A stretch of DNA of 46,156 nt from Octopus bimaculoides (lineage: Eukaryota). The DNA lies in NCBI RefSeq assembly GCF_001194135.2, contig NC_068999.1, forward strand, positions 18,949,275-18,995,430, given 5' to 3'. A program made the translations under genes and the position numbers. The notes beneath the pieces are model-generated. The model made no database searches. It worked only from the letters and a program-made list of their open reading frames with translations, and was not told the origin of the DNA. This document shows, piece after piece, positions 12,816-23,630 of this stretch; position 1 is the stretch's first letter; every line of letters starts with the position of its first letter.

Positions 12816-14269
12816 GGTCACATAAAATTGCGTGGCATAACGTGTATCCGCCCTTCAATATCCCAGTGTTTCATTTCTCGTTCTTCCATTTCGAGAAATG
12901 TTATACTTTACTGTGACAAGTAATTATCACCATCTGTCTCTATTGAAAGGCCGATGTTTCCTCACTGATATATTATACAGAATCCTTCAAAACTAGTTTA
13001 TAAGTTTTCATGGAAATAAGTATTTCATCGGTGTTTCTAAAATTGGCGTGTGAGAAGAAAGCGATGAACACTTCCCGATAAATTGTGGATGTGCATTATT
13101 TACTATGTACTAAAACCATAGGACTTACCACTTATCATTAATGAGAAAACGTTAATCCACTCGGTCTTCCGTGTGGCTTAAGTATAACAATCACATACCG
13201 TTTCTAAAAATGACGCTTCTAGATCATTCATTTCCACAACATGGCACTATATTTGCACTATTTCCAAATCCATATTCTGATTTCTTCAGCATCTCATCGA
13301 ATAATTTCATTACGTATTCCATCTGCTTTTATCTAATTTAATCTTGTAAAGTGAAAAGTTCTTTTTTTAATATGTAGATATGTCGTCCCAAATAGAATGC
13401 GTTCAGAAATGTAACAATTAATGCCTTTGTTGCAATACCGTTTGACTTCATAAGCTATGTTATATTTTATTACTTCTGCATTAAACTCCCTCAAATACTA
13501 AATTCCTTCGTAGGAGTGACAATAATATAGCTTCATCTAACAAGGGTATCATTAACTGAAAATAACAGAAAGGAAAACCAAATCTCGTTGCTTTATCGGA
13601 AATTATCCACTCACAGTGAATTTAATGGAGCCGTAGTTTTATCATGGCATTGAACCAATATTCTCACGGACATTTGAGTGGAACACTAAAATAATTTTAA
13701 AAAAATCTATATACCATATTATAGAACACGTAATACCGCAGAGGCTCAAGTAGAAATTTGAATACTGCAGTGAAACTAGGATTTACAAATGGAACAGAAA
13801 CATAATTTCATGGAAAAATTTTATAATTTAAGAATTAGGTTATTTTAAGTTTTATTTAGGTTATACTATGACCATATAAGGACACCATTTAAAAGTGTTG
13901 GTTTAGGTGAACAAATCGACACCAGAAATTCATATTTAATTTTTAAACTGATTCACGAATACTGTTTGGCCCATCAAGTAATAAACTTAATACAGGTGTT
14001 AAAATGGAGTAAAGATGTTAACATTTAAGAGATTTTGAATTCATACATACGATCGTTTCAAACATCGATATTAAAATCAGGCAAATTCATGTTTGATAGA
14101 AATAATCAAATTAATGAAATTAAATTAAATTAATTATATATCATTTTTCTCCTCAGTGCAAGCAATATAAATAAAATATTATCAATAAAAAAATCATTAT
14201 ATATCTAGCTATCGTCAGCTCACAGTAAGTAAAATATTATTCCGGTTATTTCCGGTTAATCTTGCCACA

Positions 14270-14342
14270 AATATGTGTGTGTGTTTGTATGGGAGGGATA
14301 AGAAAGGATAACACATACACATGTATATATACATATATATAT

Positions 14343-14423
<81 letters not shown>

Positions 14424-14446
14424 CATATATACATATAGACATACAT

Positions 14447-14504
<58 letters not shown>

Positions 14505-14680
14505 GCATATATACATATATTCGTACATACATTCATACATACCTACATAGCACACGCTACTTTCTTCTTCCATCTGTAGGACCAGTCAAAAGATTTTGAT
14601 CGTCCCTGAGCTACAGTATACAATGTGCCACACAAAATGACTAAATCCTAAGCCATGTGGCTGACAAGCTAACATCTTCT
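14270..14680 (-). mobile_element. Degenerate family B SINE with expanded internal (TA/CA) microsatellite
   Basis: rc of 14540-14670 (agcttgtcagccacatgg...gtggcac...ctgtagctcagggacgatcaaa...agatggaagaagaaagtagc) parallels the head of 18182-18330, followed by a compound microsatellite. Confidence 0.45.
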
Positions 14681-15024
14681 ATCATTCATAGTCCAATTAC
14701 ATATTTCACAAATATGTTATTCCATAGCACACACAATAGTCCCGATCAAATTTTTCGATAGCTACTTCCTTATTTGTTACATTTCATATTTAACACTCTA
14801 CATAAGCACTCACTCTCTGTACATAGCTTGCTATCTTGCTCAGGCTGTTAAAATCCATGCTTCACTAATTCTCTCTATTTCATCACAGTCAATATTTGAC
14901 CGCTGCAGGGGTAGTTATAAAGATAGTTGTTAAAACAGAAATAGAATTAGTGATATGCTACTACTATGTGCAATACGACAGGAACATCAACCACGCACAC
15001 GGATAAGAACTGGCCATCTCGTAT

Positions 15025-15064
<40 letters not shown>

Positions 15065-15145
15065 ACACATCAATATACACACACAGACACACACATATAT
15101 GCATAAATTTACAGAGAAAGAGAGAGAGAGAGATAAATAGTTAGT

Positions 15146-15205
<60 letters not shown>

Positions 15206-15225
15206 CAGATTGATTGATTCAAAGA
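15025..15225. repeat. Compound (CA)n/(GA)n/(GATA)n microsatellite
   Basis: Direct reading. Confidence 0.9.
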
Positions 15226-15944
15226 TGGGTAGTTACATACGCGCATGCATATATGTACATACGAATCTATTTACACACATATATACATACATTCATATAC
15301 ATTTATCTCAAAATAAATTGATCTTACCTAAATCCCACTGTGTATAGACACAACTACCTTAATGCGTATACGTTTCAATGAATTCACACAAAAACACACA
15401 TGCACATATATATGTATGTCAATATGCATACATATTAACGCATAATTGAGCATGCGCACTTATCCTCCTGGGGAGAATAAATGTGCTCTAGAAATTCGGA
15501 CAGTTTTACATCGAAACTTGTACTTGGATATTTATTTCGCGCATTGATTTTGAATTCCAGCAACAATACCACGTTTATTTGCTCATTAACTTTACTCATT
15601 CTAAAATACATTCTACTTTACTTGCTGTGCTACACGTTATTGAAGAACTAAATTTTATAATTTTATTAACTCATCGCAAACTAAAATACAATTGCCAACT
15701 CTAAGGTTTAACTAGTCTGGTCAATATTGATTTCAAACGAGTCAATGAATAGGCATATTGTTGCTGTCGTCATCAGAATTGTTTCCAGTGCCACCATTGT
15801 CGTTGTTGTGGTCTTCGTCATTATTGTCATCTTGGTCATTATTATTATTTCGCACAATGTCGGTTAACTAGAACAACAATGAACAAGTATCCTAAAAGCT
15901 GCGAATCTATCTTCTTTCAATCAGCGCATTACATAGCGAGTTGA

Positions 15945-16540
15945 TGATGTGGGCATTTGTTCTTGCCCGAAGATCCTAAGGAAGAATTACAGACCTTCAA
16001 ATGATAATATAAACCGGTTCTTCTAAGGCAGGATCTGGCCCAAATATGTAAGCTTCTGTCAAATTGGGTTCGGACAACGGCTCTTTCTATCTTTTGGCGT
16101 TTTCAATCCAACATATTTGCTCTGTCTTTCTCAAAATTTTCTAGTGATCTGGTTGATTTCTCGCCAGAACACACTATCTGCTCCAACACCCTTCCAGCTG
16201 GTGGTGATTATTTCTACCTCTCGTCCTGGGCGTTGCTTCTCACTTTTGCCTTCACTGGGCAGACCATGTAATATATTCCGCATCTGTCCATGCTAATGAA
16301 GTGGCCTGCTCTTCTGAGATGTCTGAGCAATAATATGCTTTCCATACTGTGGATGTTCGGATGCTAGAGGAATTCTTGTTGATATGTTCTGTTCAAGAGA
16401 TACCCATGATGAAGTGAAGGTATCTATGTTGGAAACCTTCCAGCAGTGTTACCTGTTTACTGTAAAGCACCAAAGATTCTGTGCCATATACAAAAGGAAT
16501 GACGAAACTTTTGTCTTTGTTGACTTTAAATTTACTACGA
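15945..16540 (-). mobile_element. 5'-truncated RTE-clade LINE remnant
   Basis: Frameshifted peptides YGTESLVLYSKQVTLLEGFQHRYLHFIMGIS, NIHSMESILLLRHLRRAGHFISMD and RTGLYYHLK correspond to the RTE LLYGxExW...LRWAGH...RIGLxSH C-terminus. Short (ATC) tail at the 3' end. Confidence 0.78.
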
Positions 16541-16639
16541 ATTCATAGAACACACCAGGAAACACGTGGATATTAATGAATCCAATTATGTTACACCAAC
16601 CACAAATATACCGTCATATATAAAAGTATTCAAAGCTAC

Positions 16640-17820
16640 TCATAGCGAATGCAACATTTTGGAATCTAGTTATCCCCAGTTTGAAGGAGACTTTCAAAAG
16701 GTTCTCAATATCAGACTTTACAAGGAAATGCTGGGGTAAAAACCCACATCCAAGGAGAACGACGGAGTTGGGACCCACACTCCTATTTTCACACATTCCC
16801 ATCGTCCAACATGGTATTGCTTAGAGTGGGCAGTATAAATGTATGGGACCTAGAATCTTCATGGAAGCAAGGTCGTTTCCTCAATGATCTCAGGTGGCGA
16901 AAATTAGACGTAATAGTTGTCAGTAGGACCAGGACCTCGGACACGCGCGCGTTAGGACTCATTTGCATATCTTACTCAACCTGGAATGAGAAAAGGCCTG
17001 GATCTCGAGGTACAGTCGGTCTTACTAGACCCGGAAGCTAGAATGGTGGTCTTAGACGTGAACGTTAACGAAAACAGTGCCTTTAGACTAGTAGCTGTGT
17101 ACGCACCGACTGGAGCGGGAAGTACGTGTGAATTGGGCTGAGCTAGCTGATAAAAGGGGTGTGTGCAAGCCTCGCAAACTTGCTTAGACATTTCCAATTG
17201 GTTGATAGGTTCAGACTTGTTTCCCGAATGCTCCAATGTGGACGTGGGCAAATGGCGCTGAATCAGCGAGATCTATTCTGAACGGAGTATTGTTTAGCCC
17301 AGCAGATGAGGATAGCGTAGGTTGTTCATAAATTGAAGTTGTCAGCTACACGGACCACAAATTTGTGATCTGTATGGTCGACCTAGGTAGGAAACATGGG
17401 AAGACACCCAGATACTGGAAGCTAAACTCTTTTTTCCCAGTGCACCAAGCTTTCAGAGACCGGATTAGTAAGTTAATCCATTGAAAATTGATGGTGCACT
17501 CGTCAAAGACTAATGGCTTCCCTAAAATATTCGGTTAGAGTAGAAACGATAGGATTTAGTAGGGAAATAGTGATAGCGAACAATGCAGTAGAGGAAGAAC
17601 TAGTTAGGGAATTAGAAGAGGCAGTCAGTAGTGTCATAGTGACCGACGTGTTGGCAGCGCGATTGGCTCTGAACAAATTCTTCAACACCAAGAAGGAATG
17701 TTGCGTTGTCAGAGCTAGGGCACGTGCTCTAAGAAACTAGGGAATAAAAGCCGTGCGATGGGCTTGGGTGGCTGAGGCGCAACGTGGCAATAAAACCACA
17801 ATTCGGATTTTGATGGGTCA
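16640..17820 (+). mobile_element. Tx1/L1-like LINE fragment: ORF1 tail plus ORF2 AP-endonuclease region, decayed
   Basis: MVLLRVGSINV...LNDLR..KLDVIVVS(E>R)TR is an APE N-terminus. FRLVAVYAP, DHK and YWKLN motifs follow, then VVRARAR of the post-EN linker. Multiple stops and frameshifts. Confidence 0.8.
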
Positions 17821-18181
17821 GTTACATATTCTGTAATATCTACAGAATGTTCTGTATTCCTTATCACATGCCATGTTGTCAACTGGGCATGTTATCTGTG
17901 TGATCCGGCATCGTTTTCTTTCTTTCTCAATTAACACCATGTCTGTTTTTTTTTTTATTCTCTACTTCATGGTCGCATTGAACTACAAAATCCCATGGGA
18001 TATTTGCATTATCATTTTCCATGATGCCTGTCTTTTATTGGTACAGCATCTTTGCTCCGTTAAGTCCATACTTGCTGCAAATTATCCAATGGACAATCCT
18101 TGCTATATCGTATCTTATATTCTTTCTGGGCTACTGGTGTACATTGACTGGCAATATGCCATGTGGTTTCACAATTTCGTC
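17820..18181 (-). mobile_element. R4/Dong-like (RLE) non-LTR retrotransposon, 3' portion
   Basis: ETTWHIASQCTPVAQKEY, then ENDNANIPWDFVVQCDHE, a D-MVLIEK segment (PD..D motif) and CPVDN: the zinc-knuckle and RLE region. Confidence 0.75.
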
Positions 18182-18600
18182 TGTGGCTGTGTGGTAAAGA
18201 GCTTGCTTACAAACTACATGGTTTCGAGTTCAGTCCCACTGCGTGGCACCTTGGGCAAGTGTCTTCTACTATAACCTCGGGCCGACCAAAACCTTGTGAG
18301 TGGATTTAGTAGATGGAAACTGAAAGAAGCCCATCGTATATATATATGTGTGTGCGTATGTGTGTATGTGTTTGTGTGTCTATGGTTGCCCCCCCCCTCC
18401 AACATCGCTTGAAAACCGTTTCTGGTGTGTTTACGTCCCCGTAGCTTAGCGGTTCGGCAAAATAGACCGATAGAATAAGTACTAGGCTTAGAAAGAATGA
18501 GTCCTGGTGTTGATTTGTTCCACTAAAGGCGGTGCTACAGCATGGCCACAGTCAAAATGACTGACACAAGTAAAAGTGTAAACGAGTAAAGGAGTAAAAG
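18182..18600 (+). mobile_element. Near full-length tRNA-derived SINE (family B) inserted into the R4-like element
   Basis: A-box tggctgtgtggta, B-box-like ggtttcgagttcagtccc, gaaactgaaagaagccc, an internal (TA)/(TG) tract, tail aaggcggtgctacagcatggccacagtc, and gtaaa repeats. Confidence 0.88.
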
Positions 18601-18890
18601 AGATTCTGCACTTATCATTTTCTGATATGTTGTTTATTCTGTATTTCATGTAATTCATTCTTAGTGCTTGCTGTTTGGAGGCACAGATTAGAGCCTCCGT
18701 TTCCGGTTTTACATCACTTTTAGTCATCTATAGCCATGTTTTTCTCTGTCTGTCTTATCTCCAACTCCCATGTGGAAATGTCTATTCATTCTTTTCTTTA
18801 TCCTTTTTTTTTTATCAATTTCATTCATTCTGAAGTGCTTGTACAATGCTTTTTCTTTGCAATCCTCCATCCTAAGCAAGCCTGACATTA
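18601..18890 (-). mobile_element. R4/Dong-like element, upstream portion (continuous with 17820-18181)
   Basis: TKSDVKPETEALICASKQQALRMNYMKYRINNISENDKCRI. Joins GRNCETTWH across the SINE to restore the CRIC...H...C knuckle. Confidence 0.8.
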
Positions 18891-18892
18891 TT

Positions 18893-18894
<2 letters not shown>

Positions 18895-18952
<58 letters not shown>

Positions 18953-18957
18953 ATGTA
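18895..18957. repeat. (TA)n(TG)n microsatellite
   Basis: Direct reading. Confidence 0.95.
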
Positions 18958-19954
18958 AGCATATATACGTATGTATGTTTGCGTGCATGTTCTGTATAAT
19001 CGTTTGTCTTGTACTGCATGTTTCTGTCTTAACTAGTTTGTATGTTCTGGGTAAACGATTTCTGCTTGAGAAATATGAGAATTACATCATTTATATCTCC
19101 ATTCCCAAATGTGATGAGATGCTGCAGAGTAGATGTTACGACTCGATGTTTCATTTCTGAACTATCATTTAGTGTTTAACGGAATATTGAAATATTACTC
19201 AAAGGTTTAGCTGAACGAGATATTATTCTCACACTAATTATATTTCCGAGAAGCAAAAATCTGATGTTACCTGCTGCTTTTGACATTATTACTCTTTCTT
19301 TCAATTTATTATCTCAGAAATCCTGTCATATTTAACCATATGATATTCTATCAGCCTGAATCATCGTTAAACATGAGATACTGCAGTGTGTTGTAATCCA
19401 ACCGCATACACGTGCTATTACACGATATATAATATCATAATTGTATTATTGTAGTGGTGAATTTAGCTTTAGATTTATAAAACTTACTTTATCGGATCCT
19501 TCGATTATACTATGAACACGCACACACTTATACGATAATAAACTTAGCCATTTAGAATGTACACTTCTATGCACAAACATGTATTTGTATATGTATATAT
19601 AAGTAATAGTAATTGCTTATATATATCTTTGCATGGGTGTGTATTGATTTGGATTCTAATTTGTGTGAATGAGTATAGAATAGTATATAATTTGAATGAA
19701 TTTAAAACATAGTCTGGTTTTAACTTTTATTGTTATGGTATTTTAACAAAATTTGTGCTTTCATACATAACGAATCCACCAGGTTTCAAATGAGTTTAAC
19801 TGACAGTTGCGTTCTTGACAACTTTAGTACATCTTAAAACGCTCCAACCAGCTGGAATTTTGAATACCTTTTTGATCAATGCGCATGCTCTTAAATATCC
19901 TGATTTTCCAAGCATACCGATATTCGGTAACTTGTTTATATTTCTAAATCCACA

Positions 19955-20200
19955 TCATTAAAATGTCCTTATGTTATTACTGTTATTTCCATTCAGTACA
20001 GGTTTGAACATTTTAATAAATCGTTTTTGTTTTATCATTCTTCCAGACTCACTTGTGTCATATAGTTTGCGGTAAGGAAAATTAGAAACATTTTCTGACC
20101 ACATGTCTCTATATGTTCGCTTAATGGAATTTAGCAAACATTGGTTTGTTGTCTGGAGATTAGTGGCGTTCCGATAATGCATACCCATATGTAAATAGTT
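19955..20200 (-). mobile_element. Penelope-like element GIY-YIG endonuclease C-terminal remnant
   Basis: FPYRKLY...GRMIKQKRFIKMFKPVLN resembles the R..KE..FI..FKP.LN end of Penelope-type endonucleases. The GIY-YIG motif itself is not visible. Confidence 0.45.
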
Positions 20201-20334
20201 TGTTGTTATAAATAATACTGCTATAATTCAAAGATGTCCGCATTAATACAAAATGCAAATTATCTTTCAAAATAATGCAGAATTTGAGCTACATCCACAT
20301 GTGAAAGACAGTCTTTGTTAAATCAAATATGATA

Positions 20335-20366
20335 CATACATACATACACACATAAAATATATGTAC

Positions 20367-20399
<33 letters not shown>

Positions 20400-20450
20400 G
20401 GTGTGTGTGTGTGTGTGTGTGTACACATGTTGTGTGTGTATATGCATACC

Positions 20451-20485
<35 letters not shown>

Positions 20486-20600
20486 NNNNNNNNNNNNNNN
20501 NNNNNNNNNNNNNNNNNNNNNNNNNNNNNNNNNNNNNNNNNNNNNNNNNNNNNNNNNNNNNNNTATATTTGTATGTATGTATGTATGTATGTATGTATAC
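20335..20600. repeat. Compound (TA)/(TG)/(TC)/(TATG) microsatellite spanning a gap
   Basis: Direct reading. Confidence 0.9.
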
Positions 20601-21096
20601 ATCGTTAAGATATAGGTTCTTCTTTCGAAATTTAGTTTTTGTGTCCTTAACTTGCTGCTGGATTCAATATTAGGATGACAATTTTCAATGTAGATAAAAG
20701 TACCAAAGCTGAAACAAATACGAACAAGCATTTACATTTTCATAGAAATTAGGGTGACTCCATACTGATGTGGAAAAATAGTGATTAAGTCATTTTGTTC
20801 TTGTATCGATGGACTTGATTTCGTGATTGGTTGAACCATATCGGCAGAGCGAATTGAAACTTGAAGCGAGTGAAAGAAAACTCTAATCACATACGATTGA
20901 TTAAAGATGAAATAGATATTAACGTGCCTTATACGATATGATAACAGTTCGCGAATGAAAACATGTTAGAATCTTATGCAGAATATAACTTGGAACTAGG
21001 GAGAGGTAGGTGTACGGAAATATTAAGTATAAACCTAGTAATAAAATAGTAGTAAATTTTAACAATGTCAATATGGAACCATCTAACATTACACAG

Positions 21097-21201
21097 AATA
21101 AGATTATTGGATGAAGCATTACAAAAGCTACAAATACTGGACGTATTAAATTGTCATGGCGAAGTAACAGAAATGTTACTACTTATGGAATTGGAGCAAG
21201 T
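21097..21201 (+). CDS. Candidate symmetric 105-nt exon of unknown gene (unconfirmed)
   Basis: Acceptor ctaacattacacag| and strong donor AAGT|gtaagt. Open frame IRLLDEALQKLQILDVLNCHGEVTEMLLLMELEQ. No homology recognised. Confidence 0.22.
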
Positions 21202-21214
21202 GTAAGTTTATGTA

Positions 21215-21280
21215 TATATCTTTCTTTTATTTGTTTCAGGAAATTAGACTGTAGTCATGCTGGAGCACCACCTTGAAATA
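21215..21280 (-). mobile_element. Short 3'-end fragment of family B SINE
   Basis: cttttatttgtttcagg..ttagactgtagtcatgctggagcaccaccttgaa is the rc of the family B tail. Confidence 0.65.
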
Positions 21281-21424
21281 TATACTATATGCTATACCGG
21301 CACAATATAATGATAGGAAAAGTTTCAGCAACCTGAAAGAAATTCATTGGCGCTAATCATCACCCAAAAAGTAAATCCCATTGGAGATATATATTATTAT
21401 ATAACCTTTTATTCAGAAACGGGA

Positions 21425-21735
21425 TATCATCTAAAATTGCGAGGGCTTACATTTTTTTTTTTTATTATCACAAAAATATTACCCAGTTTATCGGTAGAGA
21501 TAATGGGTTGCTCAAAGCAGCTGTTCTCAGCTTCGACGACAGCCTCAAGAAGACTCTGTAGAGTAGTAATGCGTTCATCACTTTACCTGTGGGAAGACGT
21601 TCCAATACCTCCTTGCTCTTGGGCACCATGCGGCGTTGGTGTATTTCTGGGTTTATTTCTCGACTGCATTCCACATTAGATAATCTGTAGGATTACAATT
21701 GAGGGAATTCGGAAGTCAGAGAGCATGTTAAACGA
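21425..21735 (-). mobile_element. Tc1/mariner transposase C-terminal relic
   Basis: Minus-strand peptides PNSLNCNPTDYLMWNAVEK (WPPNSPDxNPxDY motif), KEVLERLPTGKVMNA and LLEAVVEAENSCFE, frameshifted. Confidence 0.7.
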
Positions 21736-22454
21736 AACAATGTACGTATTGGTATATAAGTAGTCTTGACATTCTTTTCTAGATTATACCTTTCCTAAAC
21801 GCAAATTATAAAATTGTAAATAACATTCGTTACAAGTTTTAATAGGTTCACTTTTTTCTAGTAAGTGTAAAATCGGGTATCTCTAGATTTGTTTAAGCAT
21901 TTACTTGGAAAGCACATCGTCTTTTTCAAGCTACAGCGAAGACACTTCACTCCAAGTTAGTGATCACTCAAGAAATTTAGATCAATGACGTTTGCCTGAA
22001 TTAATCATGTTCGTAACTCTAATATTTCCCCGAAACACCACGCTACAGTAAAGCTTATTTTGTTCGGAAAGGAGAAATTAAATTCACAGGTTGCTTTATG
22101 TATTCCCAACTTATGTAAGGCAAATATCACACTAAATAGAGCATAAAAATTATCTTCAGTCAGGGCTTACGTAGCGATGAACAGAATCTATAATATATGG
22201 GTAAAGAATTGGCATAATAGTTAACCGATTTCTAAAACAAAGACAATTGCATTACGCACGCATGATTACCACGAAGTATACATTGCAAGCAGATCCTAAA
22301 CAAAAAAGAAAATTTCCATAAATCTCTTCTTCGAATTTCATTCATTTCCACTTCAAACGAAACATCACATCCCATGCTGAGAGTGGAAGATTATTTCCCT
22401 GGTAGTAACACGAACATGCACACACTCACACGCGCGGTCGCACAGACACACTCA

Positions 22455-22843
22455 AACACACACATGTGTGTATGTCTGTGTGTGTATATATATGTATATA
22501 TATATATATATATNNNNNNNNNNNNNNNNNNNNNNNNNNNNNNNNNNNNNNNNNNNNNNNNNNNNNNNNNNNNNNNNNNNNNNNNNNNNNNNNNNNNNNN
22601 NNNNNNNNNNNNNNNNNNNNNNNNNNNNNNNNNNNNNNNNNNNNNNNNNNNNNNNNNNNNNNNNNNNNNNNNNNNNNNNNNNNNNNNNNNNNNNNNNNNN
22701 NNNNNNNNNNNNNNNNNNNNNNNNNNNNNNNNNNNNNNNNNNNNNNNNNNNNNNNNNNNNNNNNNNNNNNNNNNNNNNNNNNNNNNNNNNNNNNNNNNNN
22801 NNNNNNNNNNNNNNNNNNNNNNNNNNNNNNNNNNNNNNNNNNN

Positions 22844-22921
<78 letters not shown>

Positions 22922-22935
22922 TACATTTATATGCA
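22455..22935. repeat. (TG)/(TA)/(GATA) microsatellite block around gap
   Basis: Direct reading. Confidence 0.9.
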
Positions 22936-23294
22936 TTTATATACATGTATGTATGTATCAATACACCGGTAGAGACTTTGCAATGTGAATGAAATAATCA
23001 TTTGCATTAGCGTATTTAACCATACAATAATCTAGTTCAAAATTTCTTTTTCACTGCCAAATACTTAATACGTCCAATATCTATGTTTGTACATTTTGTC
23101 AAAAAAAATCTATTTACAAAGAAATCGAGTCATGAATTCCAATGTGTAATAGTTTTACGAAGAATTAAATCGTCAAGTACATCACTCAATTAGGTGTCTG
23201 TCGGTGTTTCCTTATACTACAAAACATAAATATGTTTTGTCAGTAGCTGCGAGATTAAGTTGTGATAAATGCGGTATCATGCGCACCCTCCACG

Positions 23295-23554
23295 ATTTGT
23301 ATCTGTCTATCTATCTATTTATCTCTCTCCCCTGTATAAATATGTGTGTATGTGTGCATGTTTGTATATTTATACATGCATATGTGTGTGTATGTCTGTA
23401 TGTATGTGTGTATGTATGCTTTGTGTAGATAGATATATATANNNNNNNNNNNNNNNNNNNNNNNNNNNNNNNNNNNNNNNNNNNNNNNNNNNNNNNNNNN
23501 NNNNNNNNNNNNNNNNNNNNNNNNNNNNNNNNNNNNNNNNNNNNNNNNNNNNNN

Positions 23555-23602
<48 letters not shown>

Positions 23603-23630
23603 TACGTAATTAGAGATATATATATATGCA
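23295..23630. repeat. Compound microsatellite block around gap
   Basis: (TCTA), (TG), (TA) and (GA) tracts. Confidence 0.9.

Noticed and set aside
12873-12901. 9-bp perfect inverted repeat catttctcg/cgagaaatg
   Set aside because: Within chance expectation for a 46-kb AT-rich window, and not linked to an element end.
13128-13555. Strong minus-strand acceptor at 13556 and donors at 13198 and 13127
   Set aside because: All three frames contain stops. At best a non-coding exon, and such motifs arise by chance in AT-rich DNA.
17873-18274. 133-aa hydrophobic plus-strand ORF resembling a membrane protein
   Set aside because: It is the antisense of the R4-like element running into the SINE head.
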